This document shows, piece after piece, positions 1 through 7,799 of a stretch of 64,000 nt of DNA. The notes beneath the pieces were generated by a model, which saw only the letters and a list, made by a program, of their open reading frames with translations, was not told where the DNA came from and made no database searches. Position 1 is the first letter of the stretch; each line of letters begins with the position of its first letter. Made by a program: the position numbers and the translations under genes. Source of the DNA: Myxococcota bacterium (GTDB taxonomy: Bacteria > Myxococcota > XYA12-FULL-58-9 > JABJBS01); the NCBI GenBank assembly GCA_036339465.1, contig JAYZAY010000059.1:1-64000 (forward strand). The letters run 5' to 3'.

Positions 1-416
1 CCCAGCGGATGGCAGCTGAGAGTGGCACCAAAGAGTATGGGCTCCTGAGCATCTTACTTCAGCGCAAATTTGCGGTGGAGAAGGCCTTTGACGTGCCCCC
101 AGGTTCGTTTTTTCCGCCGCCTAGGGTAACGTCGGCGGTGGTGGTCTTGGACCGATGTCCCGAGGCCTGGAGCGGCGAGGAGGATGTAGCATTGGTTAAA
201 GTCGCTCGGGCTTCATTTTCGCAGCGTCGCAAGAAACTTCGAAATTCACTGAAAGGTGGTTTGGGGATCAGTGCAGAGTGTTGCGACAAGCTTTTGCATG
301 AAGCTGGCATCGATGGCTCGGTGCGAGCCGAGACCTTGGCACTGGACTCTTTCTTGATGCTTGGCCAGACTTGGATGAAATTGCGTCCTCAGCAAAAGGA
401 TTTACCTTCGCTCTAG
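1..416 (+). CDS. rsmA: 16S rRNA dimethyladenosine methyltransferase RsmA/KsgA, 3' part (5' end outside window)
   Basis: KEYGLLSILLQ, VPPGSFFPPPRVTSAVV, FSQRRKKLRNSL and RAETL match the KsgA C-terminal motifs; frame is open from the window edge. Confidence 0.9.
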   Translation, partial: QRMAAESGTKEYGLLSILLQRKFAVEKAFDVPPGSFFPPPRVTSAVVVLDRCPEAWSGEEDVALVKVARASFSQRRKKLRNSLKGGLGISAECCDKLLHEAGIDGSVRAETLALDSFLMLGQTWMKLRPQQKDLPSL

Positions 417-460
417 CTTTCAGACTTTTCACCTTTGCCCCTGGTGTGGTAGCGGAAACG

Positions 461-1090
461 ATGTCTCAGAAAAAACGTGGTCGTAAGATATCCCCAAAAC
501 GTTCTCAGGATCATTTTGGCAAGCGAGCCAAGCGAGAAGGTAAACCTGCTCGTTCCTATTACAAATTGGAAGAGATGGACGAGAAATTTCAGTTACTGAA
601 GTCGGGAATGTCGGTTTTAGATCTGGGCTGTTCCCCTGGAGCATGGCTGATGTATGCTTACAAAAAAGTTGGGGAAAAGGGGCGGGTGATCGGCTACGAT
701 CTCAAACCGGTGGAGGTTGCTTTGCCGGCATATGCGCAAGCACGGATTGGTGACGTCTTTGAGGTGAATGATTTTGGGGTAGGCTCGGGATTTGATGTGG
801 TCTTATCCGATATGGCCCCGGCGACCACGGGAAGTCGTGACGTGGACGGCTTACGCTCGGCGACTTTGGTGGAACGGGCGCTTTATTTGGCGGAGAAAAA
901 TCTCAAACCCGGGGGCCACTTTGTGGCTAAGTTATTGGAAAGTGGAGAAATCGAAGGATTAATGCGTTCTTTACGCGCGAAATTTACCAAGGTGTGCCGT
1001 GCGCGACCTAAGGCCACGCGACGGGAGTCTACGGAGGTATTTTTGGTCGCCATGGGCATGAAAAAATTGGGGGTTTCTGATGTGTCTTGA
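461..1090 (+). CDS. rlmE: 23S rRNA Um2552 2'-O-methyltransferase RlmE/FtsJ
   Basis: ARSYYKLEE, VLDLGCSPGAW, VLSDMAP, ATRRESTEVF; start moved from ORF 371 to ATG 461 to avoid overlapping rsmA. Confidence 0.92.
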   Translation: MSQKKRGRKISPKRSQDHFGKRAKREGKPARSYYKLEEMDEKFQLLKSGMSVLDLGCSPGAWLMYAYKKVGEKGRVIGYDLKPVEVALPAYAQARIGDVFEVNDFGVGSGFDVVLSDMAPATTGSRDVDGLRSATLVERALYLAEKNLKPGGHFVAKLLESGEIEGLMRSLRAKFTKVCRARPKATRRESTEVFLVAMGMKKLGVSDVS

Positions 1091-1152
1091 AAAACAGATC
1101 GTAACTCCTCGAAATCTTTCGGTATGGAAGGGCTTGAGTGACGGTGGATTGC

Positions 1153-1181
1153 TTGACAATCCCATATTCCTTTCATACAAG
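1153..1181 (+). promoter_or_regulatory. Putative sigma70 promoter of rplM-rpsI
   Basis: TTGACA-17 bp-TACAAG about 90 bp upstream of rplM. Confidence 0.5.
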
Positions 1182-1269
1182 CGCCCTCCGCAGCTGATTA
1201 AAGGTGACTCTTTGATGACCTTAAGGGCAGCAGGTTTGTGTACCATCTCCCGACGTTTGAGGGTGAACG

Positions 1270-1698
1270 ATGAAAACGAAAAGTTTCTCAAAGACAACAG
1301 TTGACCATGATTGGTTCATGGTTGATGCCGAAAATAAAGTATTGGGTCGATTGGCCACTGAAATCGCCATGGTTTTACGCGGTAAGCGTAAGCCCACTTT
1401 TACACCTCATGCAGATACCGGTGACTTTGTGGTCGTGGTGAATGCTGAGAAGGTAAAGCTTACCGGCCGTAAAGAAGAAAAGAAGACCTACTACTGGCAT
1501 ACCGGTTGGGTTGGCGGTATCAAGAGTGCGACAGTTGCGGAAGTTCGAGCGAAAAAGCCCGAAGAAATTATCAAGAAGGCGGTTTGGGGCATGCTTCCAA
1601 AAGGGCCTCTCGGTCGGGAAATGTTCAAAAAATTAAAGGTTTATGCGGGGGAGTCACATCCTCATGAAGCGCAGAAGCCCAAAGCATTGAGTCTATAA
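1270..1698 (+). CDS. rplM: 50S ribosomal protein L13
   Basis: [48 protein letters not shown]. Confidence 0.99.
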   Translation: MKTKSFSKTTVDHDWFMVDAENKVLGRLATEIAMVLRGKRKPTFTPHADTGDFVVVVNAEKVKLTGRKEEKKTYYWHTGWVGGIKSATVAEVRAKKPEEIIKKAVWGMLPKGPLGREMFKKLKVYAGESHPHEAQKPKALSL

Positions 1699-1713
1699 GG
1701 CGAGGATAGAAGA

Positions 1714-2112
1714 ATGGCTGAAGAACTTACTCAGTGGTACGGTACTGGACGACGTAAATCGAGCACTGCGCGTGTTTATCTTCGACCCGGCTCAGGCAAG
1801 GTCATCGTCAACAAGCGTGATGTGAGAGACTACTTTGGGCGTGAAACGCTCAAGATGGTCATGATGCAACCCCTTGAGCTGGTCAACAAGGTCGAAGATT
1901 TCGATCTTTACATCAACGTTGCCGGTGGTGGCCTTTCTGGTCAAGCAGGTGCCATTCGGCATGGTCTTTCCAGGGCATTGTTGGATTGGGATGCTGATCT
2001 TCGTAACATGCTTAAGAAGGCTGGTTTTCTCCGACGAGACGCACGTAAAGTTGAGCGTAAGAAATACGGTCGACCTAAGGCTCGTAAGCGTTTCCAATTC
2101 AGCAAGCGATAA
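1714..2112 (+). CDS. rpsI: 30S ribosomal protein S9
   Basis: [46 protein letters not shown]. Confidence 0.99.
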   Translation: MAEELTQWYGTGRRKSSTARVYLRPGSGKVIVNKRDVRDYFGRETLKMVMMQPLELVNKVEDFDLYINVAGGGLSGQAGAIRHGLSRALLDWDADLRNMLKKAGFLRRDARKVERKKYGRPKARKRFQFSKR

Positions 2113-2141
2113 TCACGCGTTTGTCCATATTGGTGGAATCG

Positions 2142-2170
2142 AAAAGGGCCCTTCATCGGGCCCTTTTTTT
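2142..2170 (+). terminator. Intrinsic terminator of rplM-rpsI
   Basis: AAAAGGGCCC-TTCATC-GGGCCCTTTTTTT stem-loop plus T tract. Confidence 0.9.
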
Positions 2171-2252
2171 GTGCCATTCGGGCCATCCTTGACTTCCCCC
2201 CCCCCCTCCCCCCGAGATTCAATTCCCCCAAACACTTTGGGAGGAATTTTTC

Positions 2253-2573
2253 ATGAAAGATCTGTGGCGAATTGGAATGATGGGAGTGGTGTTTACCTTG
2301 GGCTGCTTTACCGCCTCGGTGGTGCAGCAGATTGCGGTGCCTTCCCTCAAAGTGGGGTCGACGGCCACGAAGTGGGAGCAGACTTGTGTGAATTATGAGA
2401 GTCAAGGTTTGGAAACATCTGGAGCCTGGACTGGGAAGTTGGGTGATCCAACAATCAAGGGCTGGGTCGACGTGATTCAAGAGTGGGGGGCGCAGGGTTG
2501 GGAATTGGTTCAAACTGAAGCAGCTGGTGATGGGTATTTTGTGGTTTATGTGTGCTTTAAACGGCCCATGTAG
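2253..2573 (+). CDS. Small exported/membrane-anchored hypothetical protein (DUF4177-like C-terminus)
   Basis: GGAGG SD; N-terminal hydrophobic helix; C-terminal WGAQGWELVQ...CFKRP resembles the DUF4177 motif. Confidence 0.65.
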   Translation: MKDLWRIGMMGVVFTLGCFTASVVQQIAVPSLKVGSTATKWEQTCVNYESQGLETSGAWTGKLGDPTIKGWVDVIQEWGAQGWELVQTEAAGDGYFVVYVCFKRPM

Positions 2574-2778
2574 TTCCAAAATATAGCTCATACGCCGCCT
2601 GACCGTCGCCTTAGCCTTCGGGTCGGAAAATCTTGGGGCGAGATAAAAGTGCGTCGGGTTTGATGTTGAGCATCGAAACCTCCTCCCCGAAGCCTTCGGC
2701 TTGGTGGAGGAGGCGAGGAACTTTGTCGAGGTTCTGGGGGCGGGCGCCCACAGCCAATCACCACGAAGTGGGGCTTGA

Positions 2779-3138
2779 TTAAGGGGCTTCTTCGGGGGTG
2801 GGAGGGACGCAGTTATTGGGCCAATAGCCGTGCCTACAACGAATCATGGACATGGCGATGAGCCAGCGTCCTTCGCTACATTGTGCAGAAGTGCTGTAGA
2901 TAGATCCGCCTTCGCCTCCCTGCGGGTCGCAGCAAGTGATTTTTCCATAGGGGCATCGTTGGTCGGATTCAAGTTCGCATGCCTCCCAAGGTTCAGGCTG
3001 TTGGTCTGGGCACTGAGTGACGGGGCGCTCGATTTCGGGTTCCGGCGTGGAGGTGCCGCCGCAGCCGCCTTCGGCGCCCGTAAGAACAAGCATGGAGGAT
3101 AGGGCTAGGATGAGGATCTGAAGTTTTGGGGAAAGCAT
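2779..3138 (-). CDS. Small Cys-rich putative lipoprotein
   Basis: AAGGAG SD before ATG 3138; signal peptide ending GAEGGC; Cys-rich module CP...C...C.Y....CC...C..G.W. Confidence 0.65.
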   Translation of the reverse strand: MLSPKLQILILALSSMLVLTGAEGGCGGTSTPEPEIERPVTQCPDQQPEPWEACELESDQRCPYGKITCCDPQGGEGGSIYSTSAQCSEGRWLIAMSMIRCRHGYWPNNCVPPTPEEAP

Positions 3139-3663
3139 GGTGGATATCTCCTTGAAACACATTGGGCAGTTTTTAAGGCCGGCGGCCATTTAGCGCCGCT
3201 CTAGCATTTTGAGATGCACCTGGCCATCGCGGATTAGCTGAAGTGCAAGAATTCGCCGATTTTGAAGATGTGCATTTTTATTTGGGCGTAACCGAGAGAC
3301 CTGAAACAATGGGCTTATGGGGCGGAAGTACGTCAGAATTTTAAGTCTTTTACGAAGTCGCTTTTGAACCGAGATTGTGCTTCGCGGCTTTTCCAGGAGA
3401 TATCCCCAACTTCCGCTTGTGATTAGAGAATCGGGTATGGCCACCGGAAATGGCAAACGACGGGCCGGTCATATTGTTCGCAGCCTACAACAGGTTCAAA
3501 TCGCTCTAGAAGGATGGAGGATATCACTCTCCTCAAAGAGTTCGCAGCAAGCGGTCGTGTGTCTCCAGGGCTTCGAAAAGGGCACGGTGGTGTGGGCGCC
3601 ATGGGCCACGGTGCTGCTTGACCCACACGGTGCTTCAGGGGGCGAGCATTGCCGACGCTGCGA

Positions 3664-5811
3664 TTAATCCAGGCTGATACGGGCGATAGGCTGGATGTTC
3701 ATGTCCGGTGAGAGCTCCTGATAGGAAAGAACCGCCAGGTGTGGAAATTCCAATTCCACCAGTTTTCGGAAGTATCGCCGAATTTCCATCGTGGTGAGGA
3801 TGACGGGATTTTGGGCGGTGGGGGGAAGGTTTCCAACTTCGCTACGAACTGCGGTGAGCATTTCCTGGGTAATTTCCGGTTCGAGGGCGAGGTAAGAGCC
3901 ACTTTGGGTATGCTGGATGGAGCTTCGTACGGTTTCCTCGATTTGTGGGTCCAAGAGGTAAACCACCAAGGTGTTTCCTCCACGCGTAAACTTGTGGGAA
4001 ATGTAGCGTTTCAACGCATTTCGCACATACTCCGTAAGCATGACGGTATCGCTTTCGACCTGTCCCCATTCGGCTAAGGCTTGGAGTACCGAACGAAAAT
4101 CCCGAATGGAAATTTCTTCCTCCACCAACCTCCGCATGATGTCTGTGAGCTGGAAGAGAGAAACTGATTTAGGCAAGACTTCCTTGACCAAGGCGGGGAA
4201 GGCTTGTTCCAATTGGTCGACCATATTCTGAACTTCTTGAATACCCAGGAATTCCGCTGAATGCTTTCTCAGAATACTGGACACATGAAGGATCATATAA
4301 CCGCCGGCATCCCAGGTGGTGAGCCCGGCTTGTTCGGCAATGGCTGAATACTCCTTGGGGATCCACGCGCATTCCGAGCCATTGGCGGGGTTTACCGCTT
4401 CCGCCCCTTCGATATTGAGGAGTGTCAGTCGGTCCACCGTATCGTTGACCAATACGCTGTCTAGGGACACATTCCCCGCTACCACCGGTACTTCGTTGAT
4501 GAGAATAATATAGGCCCCGTCGGGTAAATCGCTTTCGTTGCCTCGAACTCGGATCCCAGGATATTTGATACCGAGTTCGTAGAAGAGTCCGTCCCTCATC
4601 ATCGGGATCATTTCACCGAGGAATTTATTGCCCCCAGCGTCTTCAACCAAAGGAATCAAATTCCCCGCTACCTCTAGGGCGATTGGAGTCACCACCGGAA
4701 GCATCTGTTGGGCCTGGCCCTCCTGCTTCTTAGCGGATTGGATTTGTTTCTGCCTATTTTCCTCGCCGGCCGCTTGAATCTCGTTGGCAGGACCTTCATC
4801 TTCCATGGTTTCGCTGATGGTTTTGGAGCGGAGAAGTATATAGGCCAGCCCGCCGACTACGAGGGCCATGACAAAGAATGGCGCGGTGGGAAGTCCGGGG
4901 ATGAGGCCGATGCCCAAAAGAAGGCTCGCTGAGATAGCGAATGCTTTTGGTTGTGCCAGAACTTGGGTGCTAATGTCCTTTCCAAGATTGCTGTCCTCGT
5001 CTTCGCCGGCAACCCGGGTGACTATCAGGCCGGCGCTCATGGAGCCCAGTAGGGCGGGAATTTGCGACACGAGTCCATCACCGATGGTCAGAATGCCATA
5101 CCGTTGAATGGCTTCTCCAGCGGTGAAGTCCATCATGGTGACTCCGATAATGATGCCGGCGACAATGTTGATGCCGGTAATGATGAGTCCGGCGATACTA
5201 TCGCCTTTGACGAATTTCATGGCTCCATCCATGGAACCAAATAGCTGGGATTCGCGCCCAAGGTCTGCCCGGCGCTTACGGGCTTCATCGAGGTCGAAGG
5301 CGCCGGCCCGAAGGTCGGCATCAATGGACATTTGTTTTCCGGGCATGGCATCCAGGGTAAATCGGGCCGCAACTTCGGCGACACGCTCGGAACCTTTGGC
5401 GATGACCATAAATTGAATCAAGGTTAGAATGAGAAAGATAACCGCCCCGACGACGAAATTACCTTTGACCACGAATTGCCCAAATGACCGGATGACTTCC
5501 CCGGCATCCGCTTGAAGAAGGATAAGTCGAGTACTCGATACGTTCAGCGCGAGTCGGTAGAGGGTGGTAATAAGAATAATGGTTGGGAAAGCGGCGAGTT
5601 TTAGAGGGCTCGAAATGTAGATGGCGATGAGCAGCATGGTGACTTGGATGGTAATATTGACCACGAGGAGTAGGTCCAAGATTACGGTCGGTAAGGGGAT
5701 AATCATCATACCGATGATCATCACGACTCCGGCGGCTAAGAAGATGTCGGCATATCGTTTCGATAGCTCCGTAAAGTCTCCTTGAAGGAGTCCGCTCAAT
5801 AACTGGCTCAT
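3664..5811 (-). CDS. sctV: Type III secretion export gate SctV (FHIPEP family, LcrD/injectisome type)
   Basis: FHIPEP motif KGSERVAEVAARFTLDAMPGKQMSIDADL, GSMDGAMKFVKGD, multi-TM N-terminal half, C-terminal VLSYQEL..IQPIARI. Confidence 0.93.
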   Translation of the reverse strand: MSQLLSGLLQGDFTELSKRYADIFLAAGVVMIIGMMIIPLPTVILDLLLVVNITIQVTMLLIAIYISSPLKLAAFPTIILITTLYRLALNVSSTRLILLQADAGEVIRSFGQFVVKGNFVVGAVIFLILTLIQFMVIAKGSERVAEVAARFTLDAMPGKQMSIDADLRAGAFDLDEARKRRADLGRESQLFGSMDGAMKFVKGDSIAGLIITGINIVAGIIIGVTMMDFTAGEAIQRYGILTIGDGLVSQIPALLGSMSAGLIVTRVAGEDEDSNLGKDISTQVLAQPKAFAISASLLLGIGLIPGLPTAPFFVMALVVGGLAYILLRSKTISETMEDEGPANEIQAAGEENRQKQIQSAKKQEGQAQQMLPVVTPIALEVAGNLIPLVEDAGGNKFLGEMIPMMRDGLFYELGIKYPGIRVRGNESDLPDGAYIILINEVPVVAGNVSLDSVLVNDTVDRLTLLNIEGAEAVNPANGSECAWIPKEYSAIAEQAGLTTWDAGGYMILHVSSILRKHSAEFLGIQEVQNMVDQLEQAFPALVKEVLPKSVSLFQLTDIMRRLVEEEISIRDFRSVLQALAEWGQVESDTVMLTEYVRNALKRYISHKFTRGGNTLVVYLLDPQIEETVRSSIQHTQSGSYLALEPEITQEMLTAVRSEVGNLPPTAQNPVILTTMEIRRYFRKLVELEFPHLAVLSYQELSPDMNIQPIARISLD

Positions 5812-6037
5812 GATTACTCCGCAGCAGGGTAGAGACTCATTTTCTCTGAACTACCAATTAATACGAAACAGTATTCGATGCCAGAGGCCTAAACTTTCTT
5901 AGGTGACTAAATCACTTTGAATAAAGGGCGAAGTGCTTACTGGAGTTTTGGCGTTCTTGATCGAGAGCTTATGCCATGCTAGCAAAAGTTATGGAATTTG
6001 TGTTGAAAGACAAATTGGAATTGGCTGAGGTTTGTGG

Positions 6038-6799
6038 ATGAAGATTAGGTACGCTGGGGCGACACATGTGGGAATGAAGCGAACCCACAATGAGGACAAT
6101 TTCTTCCTCCTAGCTGAAGAAAATGTCTATATCGTTGCGGATGGTATGGGAGGACACGCCTCCGGTGAGGTGGCATCGAAAGTTGCCGTCGAATCTCTAG
6201 CGGGTTTCTACCTGGATACAGCTAAGGACAATGAGGTCACGTGGCCGTTTCGGGAAGATAAATCTCTAAATTACGACCAAAATCGACTCTCCACTGGCAT
6301 CAAACTGGCGAATCGACGAGTTCATGATTTAGCGCAATCCGAAGATAGGTATAGGGGAATGGGTACCACAATTGTGGGGGTATCGGTCTCTGAAAATGGT
6401 TTGTATATTGGCCATGTGGGCGATTCTCGGGCCTATGTGATTGTAGATGGTAAAATTGAACAGCTCACGGAAGACCATTCTCTTCTCAACGACTATCTTA
6501 AGGTCCATGAGCTCACGCCGGAGGAAATAGATAACTTTCCCCATAAGAATGTGATTGTTCGGGCACTGGGAATGAAAGCACTCGTGGAGGTCGATTTGCG
6601 TCGATGGGAGCCCCGCCCCGGACAAACCTATCTTGTGTGTTCAGATGGTCTTTCAGGAATGCTCACAGATGATGCGATTCTCGAGCTTTGTCTAGAATAT
6701 GAGGAAGATCTCGAAAAATGCTGTGAAAGTCTGATTGCAAAAGCCAATGCCAATGGTGGCACTGACAACATTACTGTTGTACTCATTGGTTTGCGCTAG
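6038..6799 (+). CDS. PP2C/Stp1-family Ser/Thr protein phosphatase
   Basis: THVGMKRTHNED, VADGMGGH, GMGTT, HVGDSRAY, CSDGL, GGTDNITV. Confidence 0.95.
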   Translation: MKIRYAGATHVGMKRTHNEDNFFLLAEENVYIVADGMGGHASGEVASKVAVESLAGFYLDTAKDNEVTWPFREDKSLNYDQNRLSTGIKLANRRVHDLAQSEDRYRGMGTTIVGVSVSENGLYIGHVGDSRAYVIVDGKIEQLTEDHSLLNDYLKVHELTPEEIDNFPHKNVIVRALGMKALVEVDLRRWEPRPGQTYLVCSDGLSGMLTDDAILELCLEYEEDLEKCCESLIAKANANGGTDNITVVLIGLR

Positions 6800-7025
6800 T
6801 TTTCGATAGCCTTTGGTTCAATTGCCCTAGAAATGACTGAAACTGAGCTGCGTTATGGCATCGTGGGTATAGCCGCATTTCTGAGCGCGGCAAAATCTTA
6901 GCTCACGTTATATCTAAACTAGAAACCATGGGGGTACCTATTTCTTTCGGTGATAAGCCATTCGGGTTGAAGGCCATGATGTTGTGGATTCATTCAGTTC
7001 TGGGTGAGGCGAAATCAGAGTGATG

Positions 7026-7799
7026 CTAAGGTTGGTGGGGATACTCTACTTCCATTAGAGTCAATCCATAGGCAGGCGCGGTAGATCCTGCAAATTCGCG
7101 TTTTCGATTTTTCAATGCAAGATCCATAGAAGAGACTTCCCTTTTTCCAAGACCAATTTCCACCAGCGTTCCGCTGATGATCCGGCACATGTGGCGACAA
7201 AAAGCGTTGGCGTAGAGTTTGATGGTGACGATTTCACCCAAGGGTATCCGGGAGGCTGTTTCTACTTGAATGGATTTAATGTGCCTGATGGCATGTTTTG
7301 CGTCGCAATGAACGCTTCGAAAGGCATTTAGGTCGTGTTCACCCACAAGTTTATTCGCAGCTTCTTGCATTAAGTCTAGATCGATATTTTCTAGAATCCA
7401 CCAGCTCCGCTTCCGTTCTAAGGCGGCGGGTTGTGGTCCGCGGTAGATATTATACCAATATCTTTTCGCTAGGGAGTCGTGGCGGGCATTGAAGTCTTCG
7501 GGTACGGCATCGGATTGGTGGATGGTGATATCGTCGGGGAGGTAGTAGTTGAGGGCTCGACAAATCTGCCACGCTCCAATTTGACTGGTGGTTGAGAAAT
7601 TGGCGACTTGCGCTCGGGCATGCACCCCGGCATCGGTTCGTCCCGCGACGAAAAGATTGACTTTTTCGTTTGTGGCTTTGAAGATTGCGGTTTCAATTTC
7701 TTCTTGGACGCTGGGCTGGTCTTTTTGTCTTTGCCATCCGTAGTACTGGGTACCTTGGTATTCTATGGTAAGTTTAATATTTTGGCTGGGTCTGGTCAT
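7026..7799 (-). CDS. truA: tRNA pseudouridine(38-40) synthase TruA
   Basis: YQGTQYYGWQRQ, AGRTDAGVHA, ANAFCRHMCR, TAPAYGLTL. Confidence 0.96.
   Translation of the reverse strand: MTRPSQNIKLTIEYQGTQYYGWQRQKDQPSVQEEIETAIFKATNEKVNLFVAGRTDAGVHARAQVANFSTTSQIGAWQICRALNYYLPDDITIHQSDAVPEDFNARHDSLAKRYWYNIYRGPQPAALERKRSWWILENIDLDLMQEAANKLVGEHDLNAFRSVHCDAKHAIRHIKSIQVETASRIPLGEIVTIKLYANAFCRHMCRIISGTLVEIGLGKREVSSMDLALKNRKREFAGSTAPAYGLTLMEVEYPHQP

Noticed and set aside
1792..2591. Long alternative-frame ORFs overlapping rpsI (1874..2398, 1941..2591) and similar shadow ORFs across the window
   Set aside because: They overlap well-supported genes and have no recognisable motifs
2590..2777. tRNA, SRP, RNase P, tmRNA, attC or group II intron end
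   Set aside because: None of the diagnostic motifs were found; kept only as an unexplained hairpin cluster
3190..3667. Short ORFs (3190..3456, 3377..3667, 3423..3626) and three CACGGTG copies at 3583, 3607 and 3626
   Set aside because: No recognisable protein motifs; repeats are only 7 bp with uneven spacing (24 and 19 bp)
3664..5811. Flagellar FlhA call
   Set aside because: C-terminal motifs look SctV-like and no flagellar genes are nearby; phylogeny is still needed for certainty
5812..6037. Sigma54 promoter for sctV or the phosphatase
   Set aside because: TGGC motifs are present but none has the GG-N10-GC spacing
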